64,000 nucleotides of DNA, from contig CAVOKF010000001.1 in the NCBI GenBank assembly GCA_963696385.1, forward strand, positions 96,001 through 160,000. The letters are read 5' to 3'. Made by a program: the position numbers and the translations under genes. This stretch comes from an uncultured delta proteobacterium. GTDB lineage: Bacteria; Myxococcota_A; Polyangia; Polyangiales; Polyangiaceae. The notes beneath the pieces are model-generated. The model saw only the letters and a list, made by a program, of their open reading frames with translations. It made no database searches and had not been told where the DNA came from. Positions 30,085 to 42,746 of the stretch are shown here, in pieces; the first letter of the stretch is position 1, and every line of letters starts with the position of its first letter.

Positions 30085-30331
30085 CGCCTCGCACGTCGAG
30101 GCGTCGCTCGCAGGCTCAGATGGGAGCGCCGGTCGTGGATTGAGGTCAACGAACCCGGAACTCGGGGTGATTGTTCAACTGGCCACTGGCTGACCGCCAT
30201 CTTGAGCGGGCTCGTCATCTCCTCGTCGTTGCGTTTCCGAAAGAAGCTTCTCTGACAGCGGGCCGGGGTCATCGGGTCGAGCTGCCCGTGTGCGCGCAAC
30301 AAAGAGAGGCCCCATCGAGGACCGAACCGCA

Positions 30332-31966
30332 TTAGCCGTGCCGACCACCGCTCACGACCACTTCGCCTGCCCCGCTGTGGCGCACGCGGACGAGGAATCC
30401 GCCGGAGCCGAGAGGGCGCTCCGTGTAGCCGTCGGCATCCAGCGCTTCGCGCCTCGGTACGGCAACGCCGGCCAGCCGGACGCTTTTCGGCCGAAACGTC
30501 AGTCGCAGGGTGTCGGTCGCGTCCGGATCGAAGTCGGTCCAGGCGACGCGCGCGGCAGCGTAGTCGACATGGGTGACGAGCGAGGTGGAGCGCAGCAAGT
30601 GATCTTGCCCATGGGGAGCCCAATCCGGCACGGCCGCCATGGCCACGAGGAAGTGGCGAATGTAATCCCCGTATCCGTCGCTGAACCAAAAGCCTTCGAT
30701 CGGGTCCTCGGCGACCGCCACGATTCCGTCGTCTCGGCACGCGTACGTGGCCCAGTTGAGTGAACGGCCCGCACGTTCGCGAGCCGCGGGATTGCCGGTG
30801 GCTTCGTACCAGAGGGCCATCGTTGCGCCAAAGCGGGCGGTATGGCTGGCCATCTTCGTCGTGTCGTCTCCCTGCTCGCTCAACACCGTGGCGCCCCACT
30901 GGACACCCCGGTCGAGCCCGGTGTCTCCACCGAACTTCTCGACCGTCCACGACAGCACGTGGCTCACGTGCTCGCGCCAGGAAGGATCGGAGTCCCGGTG
31001 CGACATCAGCCAACTTGCGGTGCGCAGAGCCGAATACTGATTGGGGTTGGTGGCGACGTCCGGATGAATGTCGACATCCTCGAAGTAGCCGCTCCAGGAA
31101 TCGCGGACGATCGGCACGCCCAAAAGCCAAGTCAAGGCGATCTGCCGAGCGCGCGCGTACCCTTCGAGATGGCCGAGCTTCAACCGTTCGAGCTCGTCGA
31201 ACAGCATGATCGCTCCCACCACGTTGGAGGAATAGTCCTCGCGCACCTCGTTCGTCTTGGCGTGGACGCGAAACGGCCATGGCGACGCGACTTCGCTCCC
31301 CGCACGAACATGCTTCGCCAAGGCGTCGGCGCAAGCGACCGCGCCGTCACGAAAGAGGACGTCGCCGGTGATCTCGAACATCTGCAGGTACGCAAACCCG
31401 AGCTCTCCGACTTTGTCGGGCTCAATCACGCCGATGCCGTCGCCACGCCCGCAGAAATCGCACCAGGCATCGTCGGCGCCCCCGTATTCCACGGCGCCGG
31501 CGGCGGCGCTGGCGAAGGGGACGCGAGCCCAGTCCCAATCGGCGGGGGTCGTGCCGTGGGCGAGCTGATGCGAGAGCGCCTTGCGCGCTACCCGAATCGC
31601 GGCGGCGTCGCCGCTGAACGCGTACCAGAGTAGGGCCGAGTCCGTCAGCGCAGCATAGAAGCTCGCGGGATTGTGGGGCCAAGCGATCCCCTCGAACGTC
31701 TGCGGATCGAACCGCGAATACGCGAGCCATGTTTCGAGCCCATTGTCTTGAATGGGAAACTTCGTTTCGAGAGCGTTCCACGCGAGCTCTGCGACGTGCG
31801 CGTAGGGCGAGTCCTGGGTCGACCACGAGAGCAACGTTCGATACCGGTCCAGGCGGACCGGGCGACCGAAGAGAGACTGCGGGTTGGCAAGCCCCGGACC
31901 GGGCTCGACAACGGTCGATGCTGCCACCGCGATGCACGCGAGAACAAGCACGCGGCGCGGCACCAC
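30332..31966 (-). CDS. Secreted hypothetical protein, possibly (alpha/alpha)6-barrel glycosidase-like
   Basis: Signal peptide; Trp/Asp-rich helical hairpin repeats (WYAFSGD, FEITGD, WYEATGN). Fold assignment is inference. Confidence 0.65.
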   Translation of the reverse strand: MVPRRVLVLACIAVAASTVVEPGPGLANPQSLFGRPVRLDRYRTLLSWSTQDSPYAHVAELAWNALETKFPIQDNGLETWLAYSRFDPQTFEGIAWPHNPASFYAALTDSALLWYAFSGDAAAIRVARKALSHQLAHGTTPADWDWARVPFASAAAGAVEYGGADDAWCDFCGRGDGIGVIEPDKVGELGFAYLQMFEITGDVLFRDGAVACADALAKHVRAGSEVASPWPFRVHAKTNEVREDYSSNVVGAIMLFDELERLKLGHLEGYARARQIALTWLLGVPIVRDSWSGYFEDVDIHPDVATNPNQYSALRTASWLMSHRDSDPSWREHVSHVLSWTVEKFGGDTGLDRGVQWGATVLSEQGDDTTKMASHTARFGATMALWYEATGNPAARERAGRSLNWATYACRDDGIVAVAEDPIEGFWFSDGYGDYIRHFLVAMAAVPDWAPHGQDHLLRSTSLVTHVDYAAARVAWTDFDPDATDTLRLTFRPKSVRLAGVAVPRREALDADGYTERPLGSGGFLVRVRHSGAGEVVVSGGRHG

Positions 31967-32178
31967 TCGCTCAGGTTAGCCGCTCGTCTTACCCGAGTCA
32001 GGCCTTGGTGATCCGGAGCGTAGGCTTAGGCCTTAGCGGAAGCCTAGCGGACCGTGTGCGAGGGCCAAGCATACCCGCGCAAAGGATCAGAGCTTTCCAG
32101 ACGGATCGAGCTTGTCGAGCGTTGACGGCATCTCGCGCACGGTGCACTAGGACAGGGATCGAGAGCGCCGGTTTTTTT

Positions 32179-32988
32179 TCAGCGGAATGCCGGCGTAGGT
32201 CGCGAAGTGGGCGTCGCGTCCAGGTCAACGGTGACGTTCGCCGTTTCGGCGACACTGGAAAGCAATGCGGTCGTCCACTCGAGGAGCTTTCCCGCGGCAT
32301 CGCGCGGCCGAACGTCGTGCTCCTCGAGCCGCACGGCCATCGGCCTTTTCGACCGGACCGTAATCCGCACCGGCTCGGAGTCCGAGGCGGCTCCGGCCGG
32401 ATAGCGGAAAGCGACATCGACAACGGCGTCTTTCGGAACCTCGTGTCCGTGAACGAGCAGGTTGCCGTGCACGGTCATGGTGCAGGTTCGGAGAAGATCG
32501 GATCCCTCGTGAGTCAGAGCCACCGCGGTGAGGTCCCGAGCGTTCGCAGTTTCGATGCCGCGAATGGCAAAATCGGCCCAGCGCATGTCCTCGTGGGCCG
32601 GCTCGCCCGCCTGCACTTCGAGCCAGGATCGTGCGTTTCGGGTCTGCAGCGTGTCATAGAGGCGGTTGCCGAACGTGTGCGTCGAGAACGTGGAGAGATC
32701 GACGCGGACCTGCCCTCGCGATTGCGTGAGGTCGTTCGGGACGAGGTCAAGCGTTCCCGTTGCGCCGGTCGCATCCCCCAGGATGCGCTCTTTGACCCCC
32801 TGCATCTCGACGTGCACAGCGCCGCTGGCTTCGATCGCGTAGTGCCACACCAGGCGCGTTGGACTCGGTATCGAAGCCGACAGCGAATTCGCGATCGGCG
32901 CGCGTTTCGCGGATTCGTGTGAGCGGCTGCACCCGGGCAGCCAAAGGGCCACAACCGCCATCGCGAGCGATTCTCGGCCGCACCCCAT
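32179..32988 (-). CDS. YceI-like lipoprotein
   Basis: Lipobox LPG-C; GTLDL...SRGQVRVDLSTF, WLEV, GNLLVHG pattern; start uncertain. Confidence 0.65.
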   Translation of the reverse strand: MGCGRESLAMAVVALWLPGCSRSHESAKRAPIANSLSASIPSPTRLVWHYAIEASGAVHVEMQGVKERILGDATGATGTLDLVPNDLTQSRGQVRVDLSTFSTHTFGNRLYDTLQTRNARSWLEVQAGEPAHEDMRWADFAIRGIETANARDLTAVALTHEGSDLLRTCTMTVHGNLLVHGHEVPKDAVVDVAFRYPAGAASDSEPVRITVRSKRPMAVRLEEHDVRPRDAAGKLLEWTTALLSSVAETANVTVDLDATPTSRPTPAFR

Positions 32989-33003
32989 GCACAAGCAACG
33001 TAT

Positions 33004-33115
33004 CGCACGGCCGATTCGGCTTCGAGCGTGGCGGCGCGGTTCAGTCTTCGAGAATGCCCCCCCTCGCCTGCGGCGCGAAGTTCTTGACAAGGAAGACCAC
33101 GACGATGCCGCCCAC
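33004..33115 (-). pseudogene. Internally deleted remnant of a CLC channel gene copy
   Basis: 33004-33055 matches 43663-43714 (48/52) and 33060-33115 matches 45195-45250 (52/56) of the intact CLC gene. Confidence 0.85.
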
Positions 33116-33210
33116 TGCCGGCCGCCTGCCAAGTCTTCGAGCCGGCGACCGGGACCGTTGGCGGATTGCGTTGGCGTTTCGCAAGGCGCCATGGTCTTGT
33201 GCGCTTCGCG

Positions 33211-35256
33211 GTGAGCCACTGGGACACGACCGACGGTTCGCCCACGCCTCTGGGCGTCACGTTCGTCGAAGCTCAGGCCTCGTACAACTGGGCGCTCTAT
33301 TCGAAGGCGGCGACCTCCGTCAGCTTGCTGCTGTTTGCGCCCACCGACCTGACGCACCCGGTCGTGCGGCGCGATCTCGACCCCATCCGCAACCGGACCG
33401 GGCGAACGTGGCACTGCCGCATCAAGGCGGCGGACGTCTTGCCGGCGGCCTACTATGGCTATTCGGTCGACGGGCCGCGCGGGCCGGGCAACCGCTTCGA
33501 CCCGACCAAGGTCCTTCTGGACCCGTACGCCCGGAGCGTGCATGCGAGCACCTTCGACTGCGCCGCGGCCATAGGCACGGGGTCGAACGCGGGACAGGCG
33601 CTGCTCGCCGAGATTCCCGTGCCCCGAGCGCCCTTCGACTGGAATGGGGATCGGCGGGTGCGCCACACACATGGTCTCGTCATCTACGAGATGCACGTGC
33701 GCGGCTTCACCGCACGGGCGAACTCCGGCGTGGCGCAGCAGCGGCGCGGATCGTTCGCAGGTATCGTGGAGAAAATTCCCTACTTGGTCGATCTCGGGGT
33801 CACGGCAGTCGAGTTGCTGCCGGTCTACGCGTTCGTTCCGGGGGTGCGCGGCGACTACTGGGGGTACATGCCCATCAGCTTTTTCGCGCTCCATCCGGCG
33901 TACTCGACGGCGCGCGCCCCCGCCGACCAAATCGACGAGTTTCGCGCCATGGTGAAGGCGCTTCACGTCGCCGGGATCGAAGTCATCCTGGACGTGGTCT
34001 ACAACCACACAGCCGAGCGGGGTGCAGACGGCCCGTGCCTAGCGTACCGCGGGATCGACAACTCGACGTATTACCTCTTGCAGGGCAACCTCGAAACGTA
34101 CCGCGACGACACGGGCACGGGCAACGTCCTACGGACGGGGCACCCGGCCGTCCGAAATCTCGTCGTCGACAGCCTGCGCTACTGGGTAAACGAGATGCAC
34201 CTCGACGGCTTCCGCTTCGACCTCGCGTCCATCCTTTCGCGAGACATCGACGGGCGCATCCGCATGGAGGACGCATCGATCATCAGCGAGATCTCGTCGG
34301 ATCCCGATTTCGCGGACGTGCGCCTCATCGCCGAGCCGTGGGACCTCGCGACCTCCCAGCTCGGACGGTCGTTCCCTGGGTTCGACTGGAGGCAGTGGAA
34401 CGGCCGGTTTCGCGACGACGTGCGCAAGTTCGTCAAGGGCGACCGCGGACTTGTACCGTTCTTGATGCGGCGGCTGTACGGAAGCGACGATCTCTTCCCC
34501 GATGAGGGCGACGAGGTCTACCGGCCGTACCAGGGCGTGAGCTTCGTCGACTGCCACGACGGATTCTGCATGTACGATCTGACCGCTTACGACGTGAAGA
34601 GGAACCGCGCGAACGGCGAAGACAACCGAGACGGCACCGATGCGAATCACAGCTGGAACTGTGGCTGGGAGGGCGATGACGGCGCTCCGCCGCACGTGGT
34701 CGCCGTACGAAGAAGGCAGGTGAAGAATTTCTGCACGCTTCTTTTGCTCTCGGACGGCACGCCTATGTTCGTGATGGGTGACGAATTTTTGCATACGCAA
34801 GGCGGCAACAACAACCCCTACAACCAGGACAACGAGACCACCTGGCTCGACTGGGAGCGGCGAGCGGCAAACGCGGACGTCCATCGATTCTTCAAGACGA
34901 TGATCGCGTTTCGCCGAGCGCATCCGACACTCGCGCGTGGCCGGTTCTGGCGCGACGACGTGCGTTGGTACGGTATCGCAGGACCGCCGGATCTGAGCTT
35001 GGATTCGCGGAGCGTGGCCTATTTTCTCGACGGTCGGTCGGAGCACGACGAAGACCTCTACGTGATGATCAGCGCCTATTGGGAGCCGCTGCGGTTCATC
35101 GTGCAGGAGCCGAGCGTCGAAAACCGCGGGTGGAAGCGTGTCGTCGACACGTCTCTGGACAGTCCGATGGATATCGCCGATCCGGGCTCCGAGATCGCGC
35201 TCAACACGCTGGATTATGTCGTCGGCCCGCGGTCCGTCGTGGTCCTTGTCCGATAG
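33211..35256 (+). CDS. glgX: Glycogen debranching enzyme / isoamylase (GH13)
   Basis: IYEMHVRGFT, YWGY, LDVVYNHT, DGFRFDLA, LIAEPWD, CHDGF, GNNNPYNQDN. Confidence 0.95.
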   Translation: MSHWDTTDGSPTPLGVTFVEAQASYNWALYSKAATSVSLLLFAPTDLTHPVVRRDLDPIRNRTGRTWHCRIKAADVLPAAYYGYSVDGPRGPGNRFDPTKVLLDPYARSVHASTFDCAAAIGTGSNAGQALLAEIPVPRAPFDWNGDRRVRHTHGLVIYEMHVRGFTARANSGVAQQRRGSFAGIVEKIPYLVDLGVTAVELLPVYAFVPGVRGDYWGYMPISFFALHPAYSTARAPADQIDEFRAMVKALHVAGIEVILDVVYNHTAERGADGPCLAYRGIDNSTYYLLQGNLETYRDDTGTGNVLRTGHPAVRNLVVDSLRYWVNEMHLDGFRFDLASILSRDIDGRIRMEDASIISEISSDPDFADVRLIAEPWDLATSQLGRSFPGFDWRQWNGRFRDDVRKFVKGDRGLVPFLMRRLYGSDDLFPDEGDEVYRPYQGVSFVDCHDGFCMYDLTAYDVKRNRANGEDNRDGTDANHSWNCGWEGDDGAPPHVVAVRRRQVKNFCTLLLLSDGTPMFVMGDEFLHTQGGNNNPYNQDNETTWLDWERRAANADVHRFFKTMIAFRRAHPTLARGRFWRDDVRWYGIAGPPDLSLDSRSVAYFLDGRSEHDEDLYVMISAYWEPLRFIVQEPSVENRGWKRVVDTSLDSPMDIADPGSEIALNTLDYVVGPRSVVVLVR

Positions 35257-35336
35257 GCGCACGGTGCATCCGGAACCGATTGAGGCATTTCACGTCGAGC
35301 TCTCCTGGTGCCTCGCCGGCGGCGAACGACGCAGGC

Positions 35337-38393
<3,057 letters not shown>

Positions 38394-38394
38394 G

Positions 38395-38664
38395 TCAGCG
38401 GTACCCGTAGGGCCACCATAGGGCAGTCGCCATCCAGAGGAGTCCGACGAAAAAGATGACCCAAACGAAGTCGCCGCCCCACCCCCAGCGATAGTGGTCG
38501 GCCTCGGCGGGAGCTCCGCGGGCGGTCGCCTGCAAGTGCCGGCGACGCTGAAAGTAACTGGGGTAGGGGGGTCCCCATCTCCTGTATCCCCAGCCGTAAG
38601 TAACCGGAGAAGCGAACAGCAAAAGCATGAATACAAGCCACAGCAGCCACCAAGAACCCATCAT
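38395..38664 (-). CDS. Small Trp/Tyr-rich 2-TM membrane protein
   Basis: GGAGGAG RBS upstream; MMGSWWLLW...YGWGYRRWGPPYP...WGWGGDFVW; ends 2 bp before the ATPase GTG. Confidence 0.75.
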   Translation of the reverse strand: MMGSWWLLWLVFMLLLFASPVTYGWGYRRWGPPYPSYFQRRRHLQATARGAPAEADHYRWGWGGDFVWVIFFVGLLWMATALWWPYGYR

Positions 38665-39011
38665 GGGATGCCTCGCTCCTCCGTTGGTGTTTTCGAGCGC
38701 GTGCCCAGCGAATGCAACTATCGGTCCTACCCCGGTCTCCACGACCGGACTACTGGACGCGGCCCGGGTAGGGCCCCGAAGGAGGCCGCGTACCCACGCG
38801 CTCGGCATGACGTGTACGCTCGCGGGACACATCTGGGCGGCTTTTGCGAAACGCCTGACGGGGGGTTGGCAGAATGCATGACCGCGCCTGTCTTTTCGGT
38901 GCAGACCCGTCATCACGGACTTCGTGAATGCCCGCGCTGCTCTCTGGCGACGTCAACGGCCAGTGCGGCCGTGCGCAGTCCCAACTGGGCGCGGAAAGTG
39001 ACGGGCGGTGC

Positions 39012-39027
39012 CGGCGCATGGATTGCA
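39012..39027 (+). promoter_or_regulatory. Putative sigma54 promoter
   Basis: CGGCGCATGGATTGCA upstream of the DoxX gene. Confidence 0.55.
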
Positions 39028-39069
39028 ACATGAATTGCAAAAGGGCAGCTTGCAAACAGGAGCCACCCC

Positions 39070-39540
39070 ATGACCCACGTCGTCGCCGCGTCTGGCCCGG
39101 GAAGTCGCGTATCCATGGATCGAATCGCTGCTTTTCGCCTCTGGCTCGTTCCGATTGGGCGTACTCTTTTCGCCGCCCTGTTCATCGCGGCCGGCCTCGG
39201 ACACTTCTCCGCGTCGACCATCGCGTACGCGGGCTATCGTGGCGTTCCGTTTCCCAATCTCGCGGTCCCGATGTCCGGCCTGATCGCCTTCGCGGGAGGG
39301 GTCAGCATTCTTCTTGGCTACCGCGCCAGACTCGGCGCGTGGCTCATCGTGCTCTTTCTCGTCCCCGTCACGCTCAAAATGCACCGTTTCTGGACGGTGG
39401 CCGACCCGACGATGGCGATGCTCGAACAAGTGATGTTCATGAAGAACGTCTCGATGCTCGGCGCCGCTCTGATCATCGCCCATTTCGGCGCCGGTCCGAT
39501 CAGCTTGGATGGCCATCGAAGTTCGCGGACCGCTTCGTGA
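39070..39540 (+). CDS. DoxX-family membrane protein
   Basis: IGRTLFAALFI, LLGYRARLGA, MHRFW, FMKNVSMLGAAL, GAGPISLD; AGGAG RBS. Confidence 0.92.
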   Translation: MTHVVAASGPGSRVSMDRIAAFRLWLVPIGRTLFAALFIAAGLGHFSASTIAYAGYRGVPFPNLAVPMSGLIAFAGGVSILLGYRARLGAWLIVLFLVPVTLKMHRFWTVADPTMAMLEQVMFMKNVSMLGAALIIAHFGAGPISLDGHRSSRTAS

Positions 39541-39882
39541 GGGGCTTCCGAGGCCGGGCACTCGGTAACGACCGTGGGGGCAACCCATTCGAGAATCCGG
39601 CGCTCGCCCGTGCAATCGCAAGTCCACTGCGAAGATGCAAATCGCCACACTCGAATCGCACGATTCACGCAGGCGTGGCAGATTGACTCAGTCGGTAGGG
39701 CGACCACGAGCGTGCGTCGAGTCTCCAGCCTGCAGCGCGGCGCACGGGGTCCCTTTCCCGGCACCGAGGACCACCGCCGGGCTACTTCCCATAACCCATC
39801 GGTCCGCATCACGATGGACGGCTGGTGCATCCCCCGCAGCGACCCGTTCGATTGCGCTGCCGGCCCGACGCCGGAGCGTGCC

Positions 39883-39898
39883 GGGCGTATTCATTGCT
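39883..39898 (+). promoter_or_regulatory. Putative sigma54 promoter
   Basis: GGGCGTATTCATTGCT upstream of the AGGAGG RBS and ATG 39944. Confidence 0.55.
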
Positions 39899-39943
39899 TA
39901 TCGCGAGCCGGCCGCCGGCGAGCGGTCGCAAGGAGGTCCGTCG

Positions 39944-40474
39944 ATGGATACGAAGAGTGAACGGAACTGCGTGGCCATTTTCGCGCGGCATCAGGATGCG
40001 GAGGCCGCAATCCAGAATCTGCAACGCGCTGGCTTCGACATGAAGAAACTCTCGATCCTCGGTCGCGACTACCACACCGAAGAGCGCGCCGTTGGCTTCT
40101 ACAACGGCGGCGATCGCGTCAAGCACTGGGGCAAGCTCGGCGCGTTCTGGGGCGGCATCTTCGGCATTCTGTTGGCGCCGGCGCTGTTTTGGATCCCGGG
40201 GGTCGGGCCGATCTTGACCGGCGGCGTCGTTGGGTCCTTCCTGATGGGCACCGTCGAAGGAGCTGCCGTCGGCGCAGTGGTTACCGGCGGCGCGAGCGTG
40301 CTGGTGGCGGCGCTCACGGGCATGGGAATCCCAAAGGATAGCGTCATCCGGTACGAGGCCGCGCTCAAGGCCGACAACTACCTCCTCATCGCGAGCGGAA
40401 CCGCCAGCGAGGTCGAGCGTGCTCGCGCCATCCTCGCGGAGCGTGGAGGCCAGGTGCAGGTTCACGCGAACTGA
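39944..40474 (+). CDS. General-stress (17M-like / DUF1269-like) Gly-rich membrane protein
   Basis: AIF..HQDAEAAI..LQRAGFDMKKLSILGRD, WGKLGAFWGG, IPGVGP, GIPKDSVIRYE. Confidence 0.85.
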   Translation: MDTKSERNCVAIFARHQDAEAAIQNLQRAGFDMKKLSILGRDYHTEERAVGFYNGGDRVKHWGKLGAFWGGIFGILLAPALFWIPGVGPILTGGVVGSFLMGTVEGAAVGAVVTGGASVLVAALTGMGIPKDSVIRYEAALKADNYLLIASGTASEVERARAILAERGGQVQVHAN

Positions 40475-40742
40475 CAGGGCTGTCGGCACGGCTATAGCGG
40501 TCTTGACCGGTTGCTCGGAACGACGGCAGCGCGGATCGTGAATCAAGCGGACCGGCCCGTGCTCGTCGCGCGCCCGCTTTCCGGTGCGCCTTGACGGGGA
40601 TTGGCTTGCTCCAAACTCGTGAACAGACTTCACTGGAAACGTCGGCGATGGCCCCCCGGAAGCTGCGGCGAAGACGACGTGGGCCGTGGCGTCTGCAACG
40701 AGGCCGTCGCGGGGAGCTCGAGCCCACATAGGCGACCGCAGT

Positions 40743-42311
40743 ATGCTGCATTTGTTGCGGAATCCGCCTGCCGTCTTCTGGCCACGCTGGGTCTTTTTGC
40801 GCCTGCTCGGCGTCGTGTTTCTTTCCGCGTTCTACTCGCTTGCTTTCCAGATTCATGGGCTTCTGGGCCCCGAGGGGATCCTGCCGGCGGGCCCGTACCT
40901 CTCCCGCGTGGCGAAGGCCATGCCGGGCCTGCTCCGATTCTGGTACGCGCCCACGGCCCTGTGGTTCGGCGCGAACAATGCGATGCTCACGGCGCTGGTG
41001 GCCGTCGGGATCCTCTCGTCGGCGTTGCTCATCTTGAACGTGTGGCCGCGACTAACCCTGGGCATCGCGTGGCTTGCCTTTCTGTCTTTCGTCGGGGCCG
41101 CGCAGGACTTTGCGTCCTACCAGTCCGACGGGATGCTCCTCGAGGCGGGGTTCATCTCTCTGTTCTTCGCGCCTGCCGGACTTCGCCCCGGCCTGGGCAC
41201 GGCGCACCCACCGTCTCGCGCGAGCCTTTTTTTGCTCAGGTGGGAGTGGTTTCGCATCTACTTCGAGTCGGGCGTGATGAAGCTCGCGAGTGGAGACCCG
41301 TCGTGGCGCGATCTCACGGCGATGGATCACTATTACGAAAACGGGCCTCTGCCGACATGGATCGGGTGGTACGTGCAGCATTGGGGGCACCCGTTCCATG
41401 CGGCAACGGCACTCGGCACCCTCGTGATGGAGCTTGGCGTATGCTGGCTTGCCTTCTTTCCACGCCCTTTTCGGCTCGTCTGCTGCCTTCTCTGCACGTT
41501 GCTCCAAGTGGGCATCATCGCGACGGCGAACTACGGGTTTTTGAATTACATCGTCCTTTTCCTCGGCGTACTGCTTCTCGACGACGCGTGGTTCGCGTCC
41601 GTGCGACGGCGTTTCTCGACGCGGATCGCCGGGTCAATCGCAAGCCCCACTCCGGCAGAGACGTCGCGTCCGAAACCGACCCGGACCTTGACCTCGGGCT
41701 TGCGCCGGATGGTCGCCGTCATTTCCCTCGGCCTGGTCTTCTATTCGACCTTCGCCGTTTTTCTCTTTGCGGCCGTGCCGACGCCCTTCCGGTGGCTTCT
41801 TTGGCCCGCCGAGGCAATCGAGCCCTTTCGCATCGCCAACCGATACGGGCTCTTCGCCGTCATGACGCCCGCGCGTTACGAAATCGAGTTCCAAGGTTCC
41901 AACGACGAAAAGACCTGGACCGATTATCCTTTTCGCTACAAGCCGCAGGATTCGTTGGGTCCTCCGGGCATTTACGCGCCGTACCAGCCGCGATTCGAGT
42001 GGAACCTTTGGTTTGCGTCGCTCGGGTCTTGGCGGAGCTTTCCGTGGGTCGTCCGGACCGAAGCGTGCCTACTCGATGGCTCCCGTAGCGTCCTGGAGCT
42101 TTTTGCGCGCGACCCGTTCCCTACGCCGCCCAAGTTCGTGCGTGCCGTCGTGTGGCACTATCGGTTTACCGACGCGGCAACGAAGCGGGCGACGGGAGCG
42201 TGGTGGCGGCGCGAAGAGCTCGGCCTCTACTGCCCCGAGCTCGAGAAGGACGCAAGGGGCATCATTCGGACGGTCGGGCAGCAACCCCGGGAAGAACCCA
42301 ATCCCGAGTGA
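40743..42311 (+). CDS. Lipase maturation factor (LMF) family membrane protein
   Basis: FLRLLGVVFLSAF, QSDGMLLEAGF, FESGVMKL..GDPSWRDLTAM..YENGPLP, YGLFAVMT, APYQPRFEWNLWFA. Confidence 0.9.
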   Translation: MLHLLRNPPAVFWPRWVFLRLLGVVFLSAFYSLAFQIHGLLGPEGILPAGPYLSRVAKAMPGLLRFWYAPTALWFGANNAMLTALVAVGILSSALLILNVWPRLTLGIAWLAFLSFVGAAQDFASYQSDGMLLEAGFISLFFAPAGLRPGLGTAHPPSRASLFLLRWEWFRIYFESGVMKLASGDPSWRDLTAMDHYYENGPLPTWIGWYVQHWGHPFHAATALGTLVMELGVCWLAFFPRPFRLVCCLLCTLLQVGIIATANYGFLNYIVLFLGVLLLDDAWFASVRRRFSTRIAGSIASPTPAETSRPKPTRTLTSGLRRMVAVISLGLVFYSTFAVFLFAAVPTPFRWLLWPAEAIEPFRIANRYGLFAVMTPARYEIEFQGSNDEKTWTDYPFRYKPQDSLGPPGIYAPYQPRFEWNLWFASLGSWRSFPWVVRTEACLLDGSRSVLELFARDPFPTPPKFVRAVVWHYRFTDAATKRATGAWWRREELGLYCPELEKDARGIIRTVGQQPREEPNPE

Positions 42312-42677
42312 GCCACCATGCAGCCGTCGCGCCACGCGAGTCCGTCAAGCACCGAACGGCGGACTCTGCCGCTCCTCGGCGCTTGCGCGCTCAGCTCGAT
42401 CTTTGAGCTCTTGGGCGGAAGCCTCAGCTCGCTCCGGGGAAGCCGATTCCAACGAAAGAAGGCAAAAGCACCCATGAAGCACAACGCGCGTTGCGCAGCG
42501 GCGCGACCGGCCGGCGAGGTCGCGGCGGAGCTTTAGCTTGTTGGGCTTCGTCCATGAATGACGGAACGGAGTCGCTCTTGCCGATATCGAAGAAAAGTTC
42601 ATGGGCGCGCGCTAGTCCCGTTCGATGACCTACGGACGCGGAGCCTTCGGTGCTGCTCGTAAAGGGTCTCGCTAGAA

Positions 42678-42693
42678 TGGCATGAACGATGCA
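42678..42693 (+). promoter_or_regulatory. Putative sigma54 promoter
   Basis: TGGCATGAACGATGCA upstream of the HdeA-domain gene. Confidence 0.6.
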
Positions 42694-42746
42694 GTGAATC
42701 GGATCGGATAATGCGGCCGTGGCCGCCTCAAAACAAGGAGTCCTCG

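Noticed and set aside
42345..42602. 85-aa minus-strand ORF between the LMF and HdeA genes
   Set aside because: No recognisable motif or RBS; cannot be supported as a gene.
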